64,000 bases of DNA, taken from positions 2,014,686 through 2,078,685 of the forward strand of contig MU058337.1 in the NCBI GenBank assembly GCA_013265495.1, read 5' to 3'. Shown piece after piece: positions 50,570-61,570 of this stretch. The stretch's first letter is position 1. The number at the start of each line of letters is the position of its first letter. Under the pieces are notes generated by a model, which saw only the letters and a program-made list of their open reading frames with translations, was not told the DNA's origin and searched no databases. A program made the translations under genes and the position numbers. The DNA comes from Vicugna vicugna. Lineage: Eukaryota.

Positions 50570-51345
50570 CCCGCCGTGGGCAGCAGGGCTGCAACCGACA
50601 GCTGTCTCACCAGCGTCAGCTCAGGCGTCCCGCCAGCTTGCTCCCGGCTTCCGCCCTGCTGGCCCCTGTCGCGAGCTGGGCTGTGCCCACTCCCCCACAT
50701 ATGCTGACGTCCTGACTCCTGGAACCTGTGAATGGGGCCTTGTTTCAAAATAGGGACGTTGCGGACATCCAGTTCCGACGAGGTCGTTAAGGCGGGGCTG
50801 CCCCAGCATGACGGGCGTCCTTAGGAGAGGGGCAGCTGGTCACGTGGAGACACAGGCGGGCAGGGAGACCGCCGCCTCGCGGCGACGGAGGCAGAGCCGG
50901 GAGGGAGCGGCAGCGTCAGGGGCCGGCGAGGCGCCGGGAGGGGCTCTGCGCCGGTCTCCGCAGCCGCCAGCGGGTGAACGTGCCGCGCTTCACTCCACGA
51001 GCCCTGCGCTTCTTCGCACGCGCGGTCCCCGCTGCCCACAAGTCTCCTCTGCACTCTGTTTTGCAAACTTGAGTCCAGTCTTCTGGCCTCTGCTTCAGTG
51101 TTCCTCCTTGAAAGCTGCCCCCCGCGCCTGCGCCTCTTCTCCCGATGCTCTCCCGCCACTTAGGAGAGACCGAGGTTGCCGGGGCTCCTGCGGAAGCCAG
51201 TCCCCGCCTGCCCGGCCTGCGCGACCCGCCGCCCCCCGCAGCCTCCTGCGACTCTGCCCCTTTGCCCCTGCTTGGCACTGGGGCCGCCATCGCTTTGTCG
51301 GAGACGCTTTCCCAGACCCCCCAGTCCGCGCGCTCCCCGACCCCA
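50570..51345. promoter_or_regulatory. CpG island overlapping MLT1/L2, with promoter-type motifs
   Basis: Roughly 35-40 CpG in 50755-51035 by eye count; GTCACGTGG (50839-50847), GCGCCTGCGC (51124-51133), GCGGAAGC (51190-51197), GC-box-like runs. Confidence 0.6.
50667..51040 (+). mobile_element. MLT1B/C-like MaLR LTR, strongly GC-enriched
   Basis: CATATGCTGACGTCCTGACTCCTGGAACCTGTGAATGGGGCCTTGTTTCAAAATAGGGACGTTGCGGAC...ATGACGGGCGTCCTTAGGAGAGG is collinear with the MLT1 5' consensus; TG...CA ends. Confidence 0.75.
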
Positions 51346-52423
51346 TCACAGCACCTTGTTTTATTTTTCCAAACAGCCTCTCAGTTGTGTTTGTTTGGTT
51401 TTTATCAGTCACCTCCCCTCTCCCCCGAGACACACATATGTAAGAAAGTTAAATACATACATACTTTCAAATAATTGTTTCCTAGTCTCTAGAAGCGTGA
51501 CAGGAAGTAGTAAGTACTCAAGAAGTCACTATTCAAGGGGTGGATGAATGAATGAATGAATGAATAGTAATTATGCCCTCCTGGATTTAAGCCTTATATA
51601 CAATGGCCAGTGGTTTGTTTTGTTTTTTTTTTTAATCACTGGAAATGAATTATCAAAGCATTTTCCTTTTGTTAAAGGAACTTTGAAAATGAAAAAGCCA
51701 TCTCGAAAAATGAGTTGTTTCCACCATGAGTTACTGTTTAACACAATACCCAGAAGAAAATGATAAATCAAGGAATTTGCATCCTGACATTACTCTTTCA
51801 CAAGGGAAGCACCTTGTTTTGTCAATCAAGATCTTTCACATCTTTGATGAATGATAAGTATCTGGAGTGAGCAGAATAATTACCAACACCTTCGGGGTCT
51901 CAATGAGTTTGCTTGGGGAAGTGTTTCCTGGTTTTGTTTTTGCCAGAAATAGCGGTAAAGGAAGGGCCTTCTCCTGCTAATTATGGCTCTCACTTATTTC
52001 AGTACAAACTTAAAACCCCTGGGTATTTATACAAGTGGGACTCCTGTCTATTTCTGAGCTTCAAAGAGTTCACTTTAGCTCAAATAGCAGGAAAAATATA
52101 AGGTCATGGGTCTCCTTAGCTAAACTGTCACATACAGCAAACAGGCTTAGCACATAGTAAAATGGGGTTTTGTGGGTCTTCACATACGAACGCATCAAGG
52201 GAATAAAAACTGATAAATAAAGGGAAACAAAATAAGCACAGTATTTTCATACTTACTTTGCCATATTTGTCTCTATCAATGAGCGTGTTACTCAGACGAT
52301 TTTATTTTCTGCTCAGATGTGTTATGGGATATTTAGCAGTTGTATTTACAAATATTGGGAGAAAAAAACACTAAAATTCCATAAATATTCAGAAGTGTTA
52401 AGACAAAGATTATATATAGGTGT

Positions 52424-52480
52424 TGTGTGTGTGTGTGTGTGTGTGTGTATTTATATGTGTGTGTGTTTATATATGTATAT
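52424..52480. repeat. (TG)n / (TA)n microsatellite
   Basis: Direct read. Confidence 0.9.
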
Positions 52481-53614
52481 TCATAGGTCCTAGTTAAAAG
52501 GCAAAATGTCCACATGGCTGAACTCAAGCTTTTGCCTTAGAATCTGTGATCAGCTAAAAAATCTAACTTCCCCAGCTGTGGGCAGAGCTTTTATTTCATT
52601 ATTGACAGGTCTGCCTATCAACATCCTGATATTCTGGGTGGATCTCAAACGGGCTAGTAGACGTAGTTCAGAAAGAGAGAACCGGGCTGGACCACACTGA
52701 GTGTGTCTTCACCGTGTAGAGACCATGGTGTGGTGAACCAGATGCAGAGGGTTCGGGTCTGGCATTTCTGGGTTGTCATGAACTGGCATTCCTGGGAGAG
52801 GTGTTTTCTGCGGATGCTGTAACCGGGCAGATGGAGTTTCCGTGGGTGCAGGTCCCAGCTCCACCCACACCGGCAGGAGCCTGAGAGCACTCTTCCAGGT
52901 GGCCAGGTGCATCTTTGCACATTCCTTGGGCCATTCTGTTTCAGAACTAGGCTTTCTTCAGAAAGTGGGGGCCTGTGTTTTGTGTCTTTCTTCCGAGCCC
53001 TGGTAACTGGTCCCAAATGCAAAACGCAGCTGCCGGGACCTCTGAGAAAGCATCCCTGGGAGGCAGCTCTATGGCTTCCTGTGGCCCAATGACTGGGAGT
53101 CCGCGGGGAACTTCAAAGGCAAGAGAAAACACCGTACACCTGTGAATAAAGAGCCAGGAGGACACACGTGCTTGGCTATTAGGTGCCTTAGGGTCAAATG
53201 GGATCCAGGCCGCCACCACCTGTTTGTGTGCCTCCCCTTTCCCACCACCCGTCCCCACAGAGACTATTTTTTCCCTTGTGAATTGGAACAAGACCCCAAA
53301 AATTAGACTGAAGAGAAGAGGAAGCATGAGAGTTGTGCCTCCCAGGCTGCTATCCCCTCACTTATTTCTTCTCCAAGTGTTTTTTTCCTTTGAAGTTATC
53401 AGCCCGGGTTGGGATGTAGCCTTCATGAGTCTGTCACCTGAGGAAGCATCATTGAAAAGCTATTGTTCAAAGAAATGCTATTTCTCAGACCTATTTAATA
53501 CTATTATTTTTTTCCTGGAGTTCTATAAGAAAATACGACCTGATCGATCATACTAGTTCCAATAGCTCCAAATCAAATTCATGATAATTTTGTGGTTCAA
53601 AGAGGAAGTGATTT

Positions 53615-53746
53615 GGGGGGAAGGGCATATAGCTCAGTGGCAGAGCACATGCTTAGCACACATGAGGTTCCAAGTTCAATCCCCAGTACTTCCATTAAAT
53701 AAATAAACAAATAAATCTAATTACCTCCCCCCAAATTTTTTTTTTA
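53615..53746 (+). mobile_element. Camelid tRNA-derived SINE (vic-1 type)
   Basis: GGGGGGAAGGGCATATAGCTCAGTGGCAGAGCACATGCTTAGCACACATGAGGTTCCAAGTTCAATCCCCAGTAC (A and B boxes), AAAT-repeat, CTAATTACCTCCCCCC; 18-bp TSD AAAGA(G/T)GAAGTGATTTGG at 53599-53616 and 53747-53764. Confidence 0.9.
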
Positions 53747-55194
53747 AAAGATGAAGTGATTTGGACAAAACTCTAGCCAATAGGTGCCCAGGCAGAGTTT
53801 CTCTAAGAAAATTCCTGTCTAATTGATGTTGCAGCCCTGGCCCCAGATCTTTGCCTGCAATACGTCTGCAGAAGGCAATCATGACGGGCCTTTTGGGGAG
53901 CTGGGGCGCACTGCGTGCTTCTGTGGAGATCTTGTTTTCAGTAGTTCTTCTTGCCCCTTGTGCTGGGGGAAGCTCATCGCGTGACACAGATGAATTGTCG
54001 CCTGCTGGTACCCTAATGCGGCTCTCACAGAGTTGTTGGAAATATCACAAGAGACTTGGCCACAATAGAAGCCCACATCCCTATAATAATAATTTTTAAA
54101 AACTGGCTAATTTGCCCACTTCCGATCCCAGCGCTACGACTTCACTCTCTGTCTCCAGCGGTGAGTGGAATTAGAAGCCAGTCTTGCACTGGACTCGTTG
54201 ATTCAGAACCCCCCCTCCGTGTGTGTGCCCTGGGGCTGCTAATTTATCGGGTCCCCCAACTGCTCTGTGGCAACACTTCCAAAAAGGCACCAGTTTGTAA
54301 CTAGAGCCCAGGCTTGTCCTCAGACACATCCGTCACCTCTCCCAGATTTCTGCCTCCCTTCTGGAGTGTTCTCTAATCCACACTCTCATCAAACAGAAAA
54401 CTCAAACAGGACCTGCTCTATCCATCACACAAGTAGGTGGTCTTCAGAGATGGTCGCAAGCTCTCATTTGCTAGAAATCTAAGTGAGTAACAGTTTCTTT
54501 TAAAGGAGGTGAAAACTATCTTTTTTTTTTCCCTTGCAAGATTACATTTGTTACACATGAAAATTCTATTCTTAGTCCCCAGTGCAATCCATTCATTATT
54601 TTAGAGACCCCAAGCCTTCTAGTAAGTATTAGAAAACCACATCACAGGCTTGTGAGGGCTGCCTTTTGCATGTGGGTCTTTGATTTGTCTGACAGCTGGG
54701 GAGGAACCGCAGGCAGATGAAGCTCTGGGGAGCCCACATATGTGGGGAGAGAGGGGTCATGCCAAAGCGCGGCTTAGCTTACATGCAATATTTTTTCCCT
54801 CCTGATTTTCTCTTTCTGCTAGAAAGATAGACTTTAAATGGGGAGGGATCACGGGCCACCAAACAGTTGCTGCTTCTTGGGGAGAAGAGCCCTCAATTTT
54901 GGCCCCACTTCTGCTGCCTCTGGTCACCATCATCTTCAGCAAGTCCCCAGACTTCCCTGGGTCTCAACTGTATCCTCTCCAGAGTCCAGAGGTTTCAAGC
55001 CTGAGAATTACAAATGTGTGTTTCGAAGCGTCTGCCAGGCAATTCAGGGGGATAAGAGGTTCCAGAGGATAAGGTGGTCTTGGGCTTGTTTTGGATGAAT
55101 CTGGCCGCTTCCTGCTTGCACGTGCTGTGGTTGTTAGATTGCCTCTTTCCTGAGAACATCAGGGCTGTCTGTGTCCTGGCCCATGGGATAGTCA

Positions 55195-55332
55195 GGGCAA
55201 TTTTGAGGTTAGGTGTTCCCATCTCTGTTTTCAGAGGTGAGAAAAACGAGGCCCAAATAAGCTGCTTAACTTGCCCACACATCACAGAGCTGCTATAGCC
55301 AGTGGATTTGAACCCACATTTTCCCTCTTTTC
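55195..55332 (-). mobile_element. MIR SINE fragment
   Basis: TTTCAGAGGTGAGAAAAACGAGGCCC...TTAACTTGCCCACACATCACAGAGC...GGATTTGAACCC. Confidence 0.75.
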
Positions 55333-58300
55333 TCGAGTCCACACCAGGCTTTGTCGGCCATCAGGAAGCTGTCCTGGGGACGTGTTCCTTGCTCCTGGCC
55401 CCCCACACCTCCGCTCAGGTGGCTGTATCCTGTGTGTGTTGGGAGTCCCCTGAATCTGATCCCGGGTCCTGGGGTCCACAGCCATGGCCACAGCCTAAGC
55501 CTGGGGTCAGCAGCTGGCTCCCCACCCATCCCCTCAGATGCTCTTCCTCCCACCATCCACACGGACCAAGCCGACGTCCTGAGACCAGCACTGCTCTTGG
55601 CCCCTCTGTCCCCTCACCAGTCAGACTCCAGCAGTGGATTTGAACCCGGCTTTCCCTCTTTTCCCACTGCCAAACCCTGCTGCCTGCCCCTTCCTTCAGT
55701 GTATACCCAGCAGGAAGAGGTTGCTTTCACCAAACAGGTATGGAAATACCAGCACAGATTCACTGATGCCTCGTCAACATAATGCATTTTTTTAAATTCC
55801 AGCACATGTTAGTGAGAGGCTAATCTGGAATCAGGAATTTACCCCAATAAATATTGAGGACAGAGCAGTAAGTGTTAAAAATGACTGTTAGCTGGAAGGA
55901 AGGAGTGACTCATAAAAACATCTTGAAAATTACTATTACGTGGATTTCATTAGCAAGGATTCTGACTGTCCGCAGAGGCCAGTCAGTGTCCCGCCCAGGG
56001 GCCCGTGAAGCCCCCTGAACTTTGACAATTTTTCTGCTGTACAAAGATGTTGAGACAAGACGTGGTGGTGGCCTGCCTTACTCAGAGCAGGATGTGAATT
56101 TACCCTATTCCTATTTAAGCCAACAACAGCACCATGTAAAATTAGTAGCATTTTAAAAATTAACAAATTAACTAGGCACTACTCCATGTTTTTGACTAAG
56201 AACGATCTCATTGTAATTCAAAGGATCTCTGATAATTAGATGGAATAGAATGTGGTGAATACTCAGTAGCTTTCTAAGTCATTGTATTTGGTAGCAATTT
56301 TGTGTGCAATTACGTGTATTGCAGTTATGGATGCCTGAAAAAAAATCCAAGCATGTTCTTGAAATCGAAGCAGAATTAACATAAAGTAATTAAATGGCAT
56401 GAATAAGTATGCAAATAGATGGTAAGTCATTGCACAGGAGAGAAAGCGATGGAAGGAAAGGAAAACCGCCGAGGGGGAGGACCGACAGGCGGTGAAGGAA
56501 GACGGGAGGGAGCGGTTAGGGAGGTCAGGCTGCAAGGTAACGATGCCTGGGAGTTCTCTGAGGGCCTCTCTGCTCAGTGCGGGTCAAAGAAGTGAGGGTA
56601 AGTTTAAACTCTGAATTGAAATACATCGGAAGTGGCCCTCTTTTCCTTTGTTGATGGCGGTTTCCCGGTGCGGCTCTTCACTGCTCCAGGTTTCTGTGGC
56701 TGCTCCCCACACCGCCCACTGCTTTCAGGTCACTACTTTTCAAGCCTCTTTCATCCAAAAGGGACTTCCTCCCATGGGCCGTAACAGGAAAGCCGTCAGG
56801 AGGGACCAAAAGGAAGACACTAGTTTTGACGAGAAACTGAGGCGGGGGTAGCTCGTAGGAGATGACTCATTTTTACTAGTTAAAGAAAATAATCAGGAAA
56901 GGTGTTGTGTCCCAGGCATCAGCACCGCCCAGCATCCGCTGGGGGAGCGCAAACCTGAGACTGTGTTTTGGAATCCGCTGTAAGTGGGCTCATGCTCAGC
57001 TGACTTCAGCTGTTCAAGCCCCTCTTGCTCCTGGTGATCAGTTCTTCTGTGCATCCTTTTTAAAGATGCATTTCCCGAATCTCTGTTGGAGCATACCACT
57101 GTGACAGATCTCCCCAAATCTTCTTTAAATTTACTATTTTTTCTTTAATTCTATTTGCTTTTTAAATTGCATGTCTTTTTTTAAAAACTGCTATAAATGA
57201 AAATTCAGTACGTGCTTTATTGATATGAGAAAACCTTAAGCGTAAGGGCAATGCAAGTGATGTTATTAAACTTTAAAATAAAAGCAATATGCAAGAGACC
57301 CAGGGAATAGTCAGTCTAATTCCTTTTCAATAAGGTATATTTGTGGGGTGTTGGCTGGGTTGAGGGGCAGTGAGGGCTGCTGCGGAAAGTGAGGGAATAC
57401 GCAAGAAAAGGTCTAGGAGAGAGCAGTTTAGGTGGAAAAATCTGGATCATCTCGAAACTGTAAAGAGTTGAAGGGGCTTTATCACCTGCTGCCCGTATTA
57501 AACCTGCTGCGCAGAATTGTTCTAGTACAACACGACAGCCAACAGTGGAATAAAAAGCCATTTAAAGGGAAGAAAATGGGAAAACCTCACAAAGTTGAGA
57601 CACCAACGCCAGGACCCAAAATTATTACCACCAAAGCCTATTTCTAAAACAGATCTAAAAGTTTCATTCCTGGGGATTTGACTCTCAAAGCCGTCAAAAA
57701 AGAGGCCATTGCTTTTAACTAAAGTAAACAGTGTTTTTCTGCCTAGATGATCAGTAATATCTGTGAGATCACGACGGAGTGTGCTGGTTACAGATAAGTG
57801 TGTGACGGGTGCCTACGTGTTTATGTCGTCTTGGAAAGTTTGTGCCGCGTCTCTTACAATCCCTTGTGCTGCGTCCAGCAAGACCCCCAGTGGATGGGCA
57901 TGCAGATCCGGACCCTTTGCCTCTTTTTAATTCCTCTTCTTGCTTCTGACACTTGGATGCAAAGCACATCCTACAGCGACTCTTCCCATCCGGTGAACGT
58001 CGTGATCAAAGACCTGCCCTCCTCTCCTCCAAGGGCAGAGGATGTTATTTTACCAGCCGGTTGGAAACTGAGCTCTCTGAGTGCTCACATCCCTGGAGGG
58101 ATATAAGAATGCAGCAGAGCCTCTGAGTCAACGACTGACTACATGCACGAGGTATCTGGGAAAACGATCTGTATGCACAGAAGTGAACCTCAGTCTCCTT
58201 TCCTTTTATAGCAGACACTTGGGTATCGAGAGTGGGGGAGGGGGGAGAAAACTTAACGTACATCTAATAAACAAGTGTCCCTGAAAGACTATTTTTGGTG

Positions 58301-59299
58301 TCCTAAAAAGGGGAGATGTTGACTCCATTCTTTGGGCTTATCAGGTACAGAACCAGTAAAGTGAGACGCTGGTTTAAGGGAAGGTCCTGTCTCCCAGTAG
58401 GCAACAGACTCACGCTGCACCGGGTCCCGGGGCGGCCGGAAGGTGACGGAGACCATCCCTGTCCTTGTGAATGCCACGAGGAAGACACCTGAGAGCAACT
58501 AATGCCGCCGACAGCTCCCCAGCCCCCCGACAGTGAACCCCAGGAGTGCTGGGCTGCAGACCCCCCGTACGTGGAGGGAGGGAGGGAGGTTCAGGCCCCC
58601 TCTGGTCTTTTCCTTGGAGGCATGTCCATTGGTAGTCACGTGGTGTGACCGAGCTGGTGGCCGGCACGGCTCCGAGCTCACGAACCTCTCGCACACTTGG
58701 CTCCGCCCTCGCTCCCACTCTGTGCCTCCCTCCGGGTGGCACCGCTGTCGTGTCTCTCATGCCCCAGCACCATGCTCGAGAGCCACCCTGGGCCCCATTT
58801 CCTTGGGCGCCGACTTCCTCTTGTTGGTCTCCTGCTGTCCTCTTTGAGACTGGAGGTCAATGCTGCACCACGCCCCGGGAAGGAGGCCCCTTCACCTGTG
58901 GCTGAACCCCCTGTGATGGTTGCCTGTCCCCAGCTGGCTGTGGTGGGGACCGTCTTCCATGCCTGAACGCTGGGCCAGCCCGATCCTGGATCACAAGACA
59001 GGCCACCCCTCCAGTTTGATGCAACCACCATCCTCGGAGCCCCAAGGCTCCCTTTGACAAAACAGCCTGGTAGGTATTTGATAGATTTGAATCACTTTTA
59101 AGTTAATCCTTTTTCTCACAGTTGCAAGAGAGACAACACTTTGTCAGGCACATTATATGAACACTTCTGTTTATTCGGTCTTGACTGGGAAATGACTTTG
59201 ATAAAGCTTCTGGGGACAGAAGCTAAGCCTCTAGCTTGGGCAGGCATCTGGAGTGAAGTCTCTGGAAGGGGGGACGAGCTAAGCTGCAGGGCCAGAACT

Positions 59300-59425
59300 G
59301 AATGGCTCAGGGTCAGTTACTTTACCTCCACTGCCTCAGTTTCCCCATCTCTAAAAATTATCTCATGGTTTCGTTCTAATGATTAAATGAGTTAATGTTT
59401 GCAAAGTATGTAAGGGCACATACAC
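59300..59425 (+). mobile_element. MIR SINE fragment
   Basis: GGGTCAGTTACTTTACCTCCACTGCCTCAGTTTCCCCATCTCTAAAA...GATTAAATGAGTTAATGTTTGCAAAG. Confidence 0.8.
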
Positions 59426-59614
59426 TCCAGCAGAGGTTTTATCACGAATTACAAAATAAATCTATCTCCAATGCTGACTATTTTTGAAATACAGGGAAAG
59501 AAATTACCTGTTAGCCTTCTGCCAGATATGATAGCATTTTGATGCATGGACCCACAGTCTTATTTTCTGTTTTAATTTATGTTATATTAAGAGAAGTAAT
59601 AGATGGACTCTGCA

Positions 59615-59960
59615 TTACCTTGTGTGCGTTCAGCTGCAAGTAACAGAAAGTGATACAAACTCTCTTAAGCAACAAGAAGAAGTAACTGGCTCATGGAACT
59701 GAAAAAGTAAGAGTGAGTCCTTTGTTCGGATTGGCCCACCGTTCTTTTCAGTGTCACCCGTGGGTGATCCCTGTATCCACAATCTGGAGGGGCGGACACC
59801 TTGTGCTTACCTTCACTTACTTGCTGAATCAGTCCCTGGGGCAAGGGATGGGAGGATGCTGACTGGGAGGGTGGGCGGTCGGGGAGAGGCGGTGTTGATG
59901 ATGGTGGCCGTGATGTTGGTGGTTAATCCCATGCTGATGCTGTCACCTGAGGGGAGGGTT
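59615..59960 (-). mobile_element. MaLR LTR fragment (MLT1J/K-like)
   Basis: TTCAGCTGCAAGTAACAGAAA...CTTAAGCAACAAG...TGGCTCATGGAACTGAAAAG and TGAATCAGTCCCTGGGGCAAGGGATGGG. Confidence 0.6.
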
Positions 59961-60289
59961 GAATGAGTTCAGTGTAAGTATCCACTGACTGCCCTTTATT
60001 GCATTTTCTGTAAAATAACTTTTATCAATGACATAATATTCAATGAAATAGGTATACTTAACCTGTCCTATTGCCACTTAGTCTTCTAATAGGAGATAAT
60101 GCTACAGTGCACATTCTTGGGCACACCTTTTTATAACTCATCAACCATATTAATCTATCTTCTTCCTTTTTTCTTCTCTCTCAGGAGTCTGTTCTCATTT
60201 CTGACAACTACCATTCATATTGTCTTCCAACTGATACCTCCTTTCACTTGGGAGCTTTTCATGTATGTTTCTTTTCTTTATGGAAGCCA

Positions 60290-60432
60290 CGAAGTGTAGT
60301 AGAAGGCATGTGAGGTTTTGTGATGGGTAGACATGGATTCAAATTTGAGTTCTGCATCTTAGTAGCAGTCTGATTTGGGGGAAGTCTTTTAATTCCTATG
60401 ACTATCACTCAGTCTCCTTAAATTGTGGACAA
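60290..60432 (+). mobile_element. MIR 5' part, interrupted by L1
   Basis: AGACATGGATTCAAATTTGAGTTCTGCATCTTAGTAGCAGTCTGATTTGGGGGAAGTCTTTTAA. Confidence 0.65.
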
Positions 60433-60836
60433 CAAGCAAGAAAATAAACAGTGGCTAGATTGGACTACATTAAAGTTAAAAACTTCGGAGCATTCAGGGA
60501 CAAAATCCACAGAGTGAAAAACCTGTGAAATGTGAGAAAATATTTACAGATGATACATCTGATAAAGGGTAATATCTAGAATACATAAAGAATTTTTTCA
60601 ACACAACAACAAAATAACCTGATTGGAAAATGGGCAAAGGACTTTAACAGACATTTTTCCAAAGGAGATATACAAATGGCCAATGAACATGTGAACAGAT
60701 ACTCAAAGTAACTATTATTAGGGAAATGCAAATTAAAAATACAATGACATATCACCTTACCACTCATTGGGATGGTTACTATTAGAAAAAAAGAAAGAAG
60801 GAAAGAAAGAAGGAAAGAAGGAAGGAAGGAAAGAAA

Positions 60837-60916
<80 letters not shown>

Positions 60917-61570
60917 AAACCTAGCAAGTGTTGGTAAAGATGTGAGAAAAAAATGAAACACTTGTGCACTAGTGGTGGGAAGGGGAAATGGTACAGCTGC
61001 TAGAGAAAACAGTATGGCGGTTCCACAAAAATTACAAATACCAGATGATCCAGCAATTCTACATCGAAAAGAATTGAAAGCATTATCTTGAAAAGCTATT
61101 TGCACACTCACATTTGTAGCAGCATTATTCACAGCAGCCCAATTGAGAAGCAACCCAAACGGCCACTGACAGATGAACGGAGAAACAAACCGTTGTGCAC
61201 ACACGCAATGGCAAGCTACGCCATCGTGAAGAGAAAGGACGTTGTGACACATGCCACCACATGGCTGAATTTTGAGGTTTCACCTCAGTGAAATAAGCCC
61301 GTGACAAAAAGACAAAGGCAGTGAATTCCACGTGTGAGAGCTAGCTACAGGAGTCAAATTGGAGAAACAGGAAGTAAAATGCTGGTTGTCAGGGCCTGAG
61401 GGGAGAGGGAAGCGTGAAGATGTCGCTCAATGGGGATGACGTTCCAGTTTTACAAGATGAAAGAGTTCTGGATCCTGACTACAACAATATGAATGTACTT
61501 CACACTCATGAACCGCATGTTTAAACACGGTTAAGGTGGTGCGTTTTATGGGAGGTTTAAAAAAAAATTT
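60433..61570 (+). mobile_element. L1M (L1MB-like) 3' ORF2 relic and 3' UTR
   Basis: TGGACTACATTAAAGTTAAAAACTTC; AAATGGGCAAAGGACTTTAACAGACATTTTTCCAAAGGAGATATACAAATGGCC; CAGTTTTACAAGATGAAAGAGTTCTGGA. Confidence 0.9.
60785..60919. repeat. (GAAA)n / (GGAA)n tetranucleotide microsatellite inside L1
   Basis: About 135 bp purine-only run; produces the FFLS-repeat ORFs at 60757-61252. Confidence 0.97.

Larger units (their letters stand above)
50065..51565 (+). mobile_element. L2 LINE with (TGAA)n tail, interrupted by MLT1 LTR
   Basis: CTACCCAGTTGCTCAAGCCAGAAACCCGGGGTCATC and other L2 landmarks 5' of the LTR; ends in GTAAGTACTCAAG...GATGAATGAATGAATGAATGAA. Confidence 0.75.

Noticed and set aside
50808..51547. 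Longest ORFs in the window (211 aa and overlapping 109-124 aa frames)
   Set aside because: Arg/Ala/Pro/Gly-rich, open on both strands, no recognisable domain; explained by stop-codon scarcity in GC-rich MLT1/L2-derived DNA.
53615..53700. Apparent tRNA gene (A and B boxes)
   Set aside because: Followed by SINE body and tail and flanked by a TSD, so it is a SINE.
3224..58130. About 15 AP-1 heptamers (TGACTCA/TGAGTCA) and a few MEF2 sites (CTAAAAATAG) scattered across the window
   Set aside because: Short motifs, dispersed, only modestly above chance; not interpretable without chromatin data.
60757..61252. FFLS-repeat ORFs
   Set aside because: Translation of the (GAAA)n microsatellite and antisense L1.
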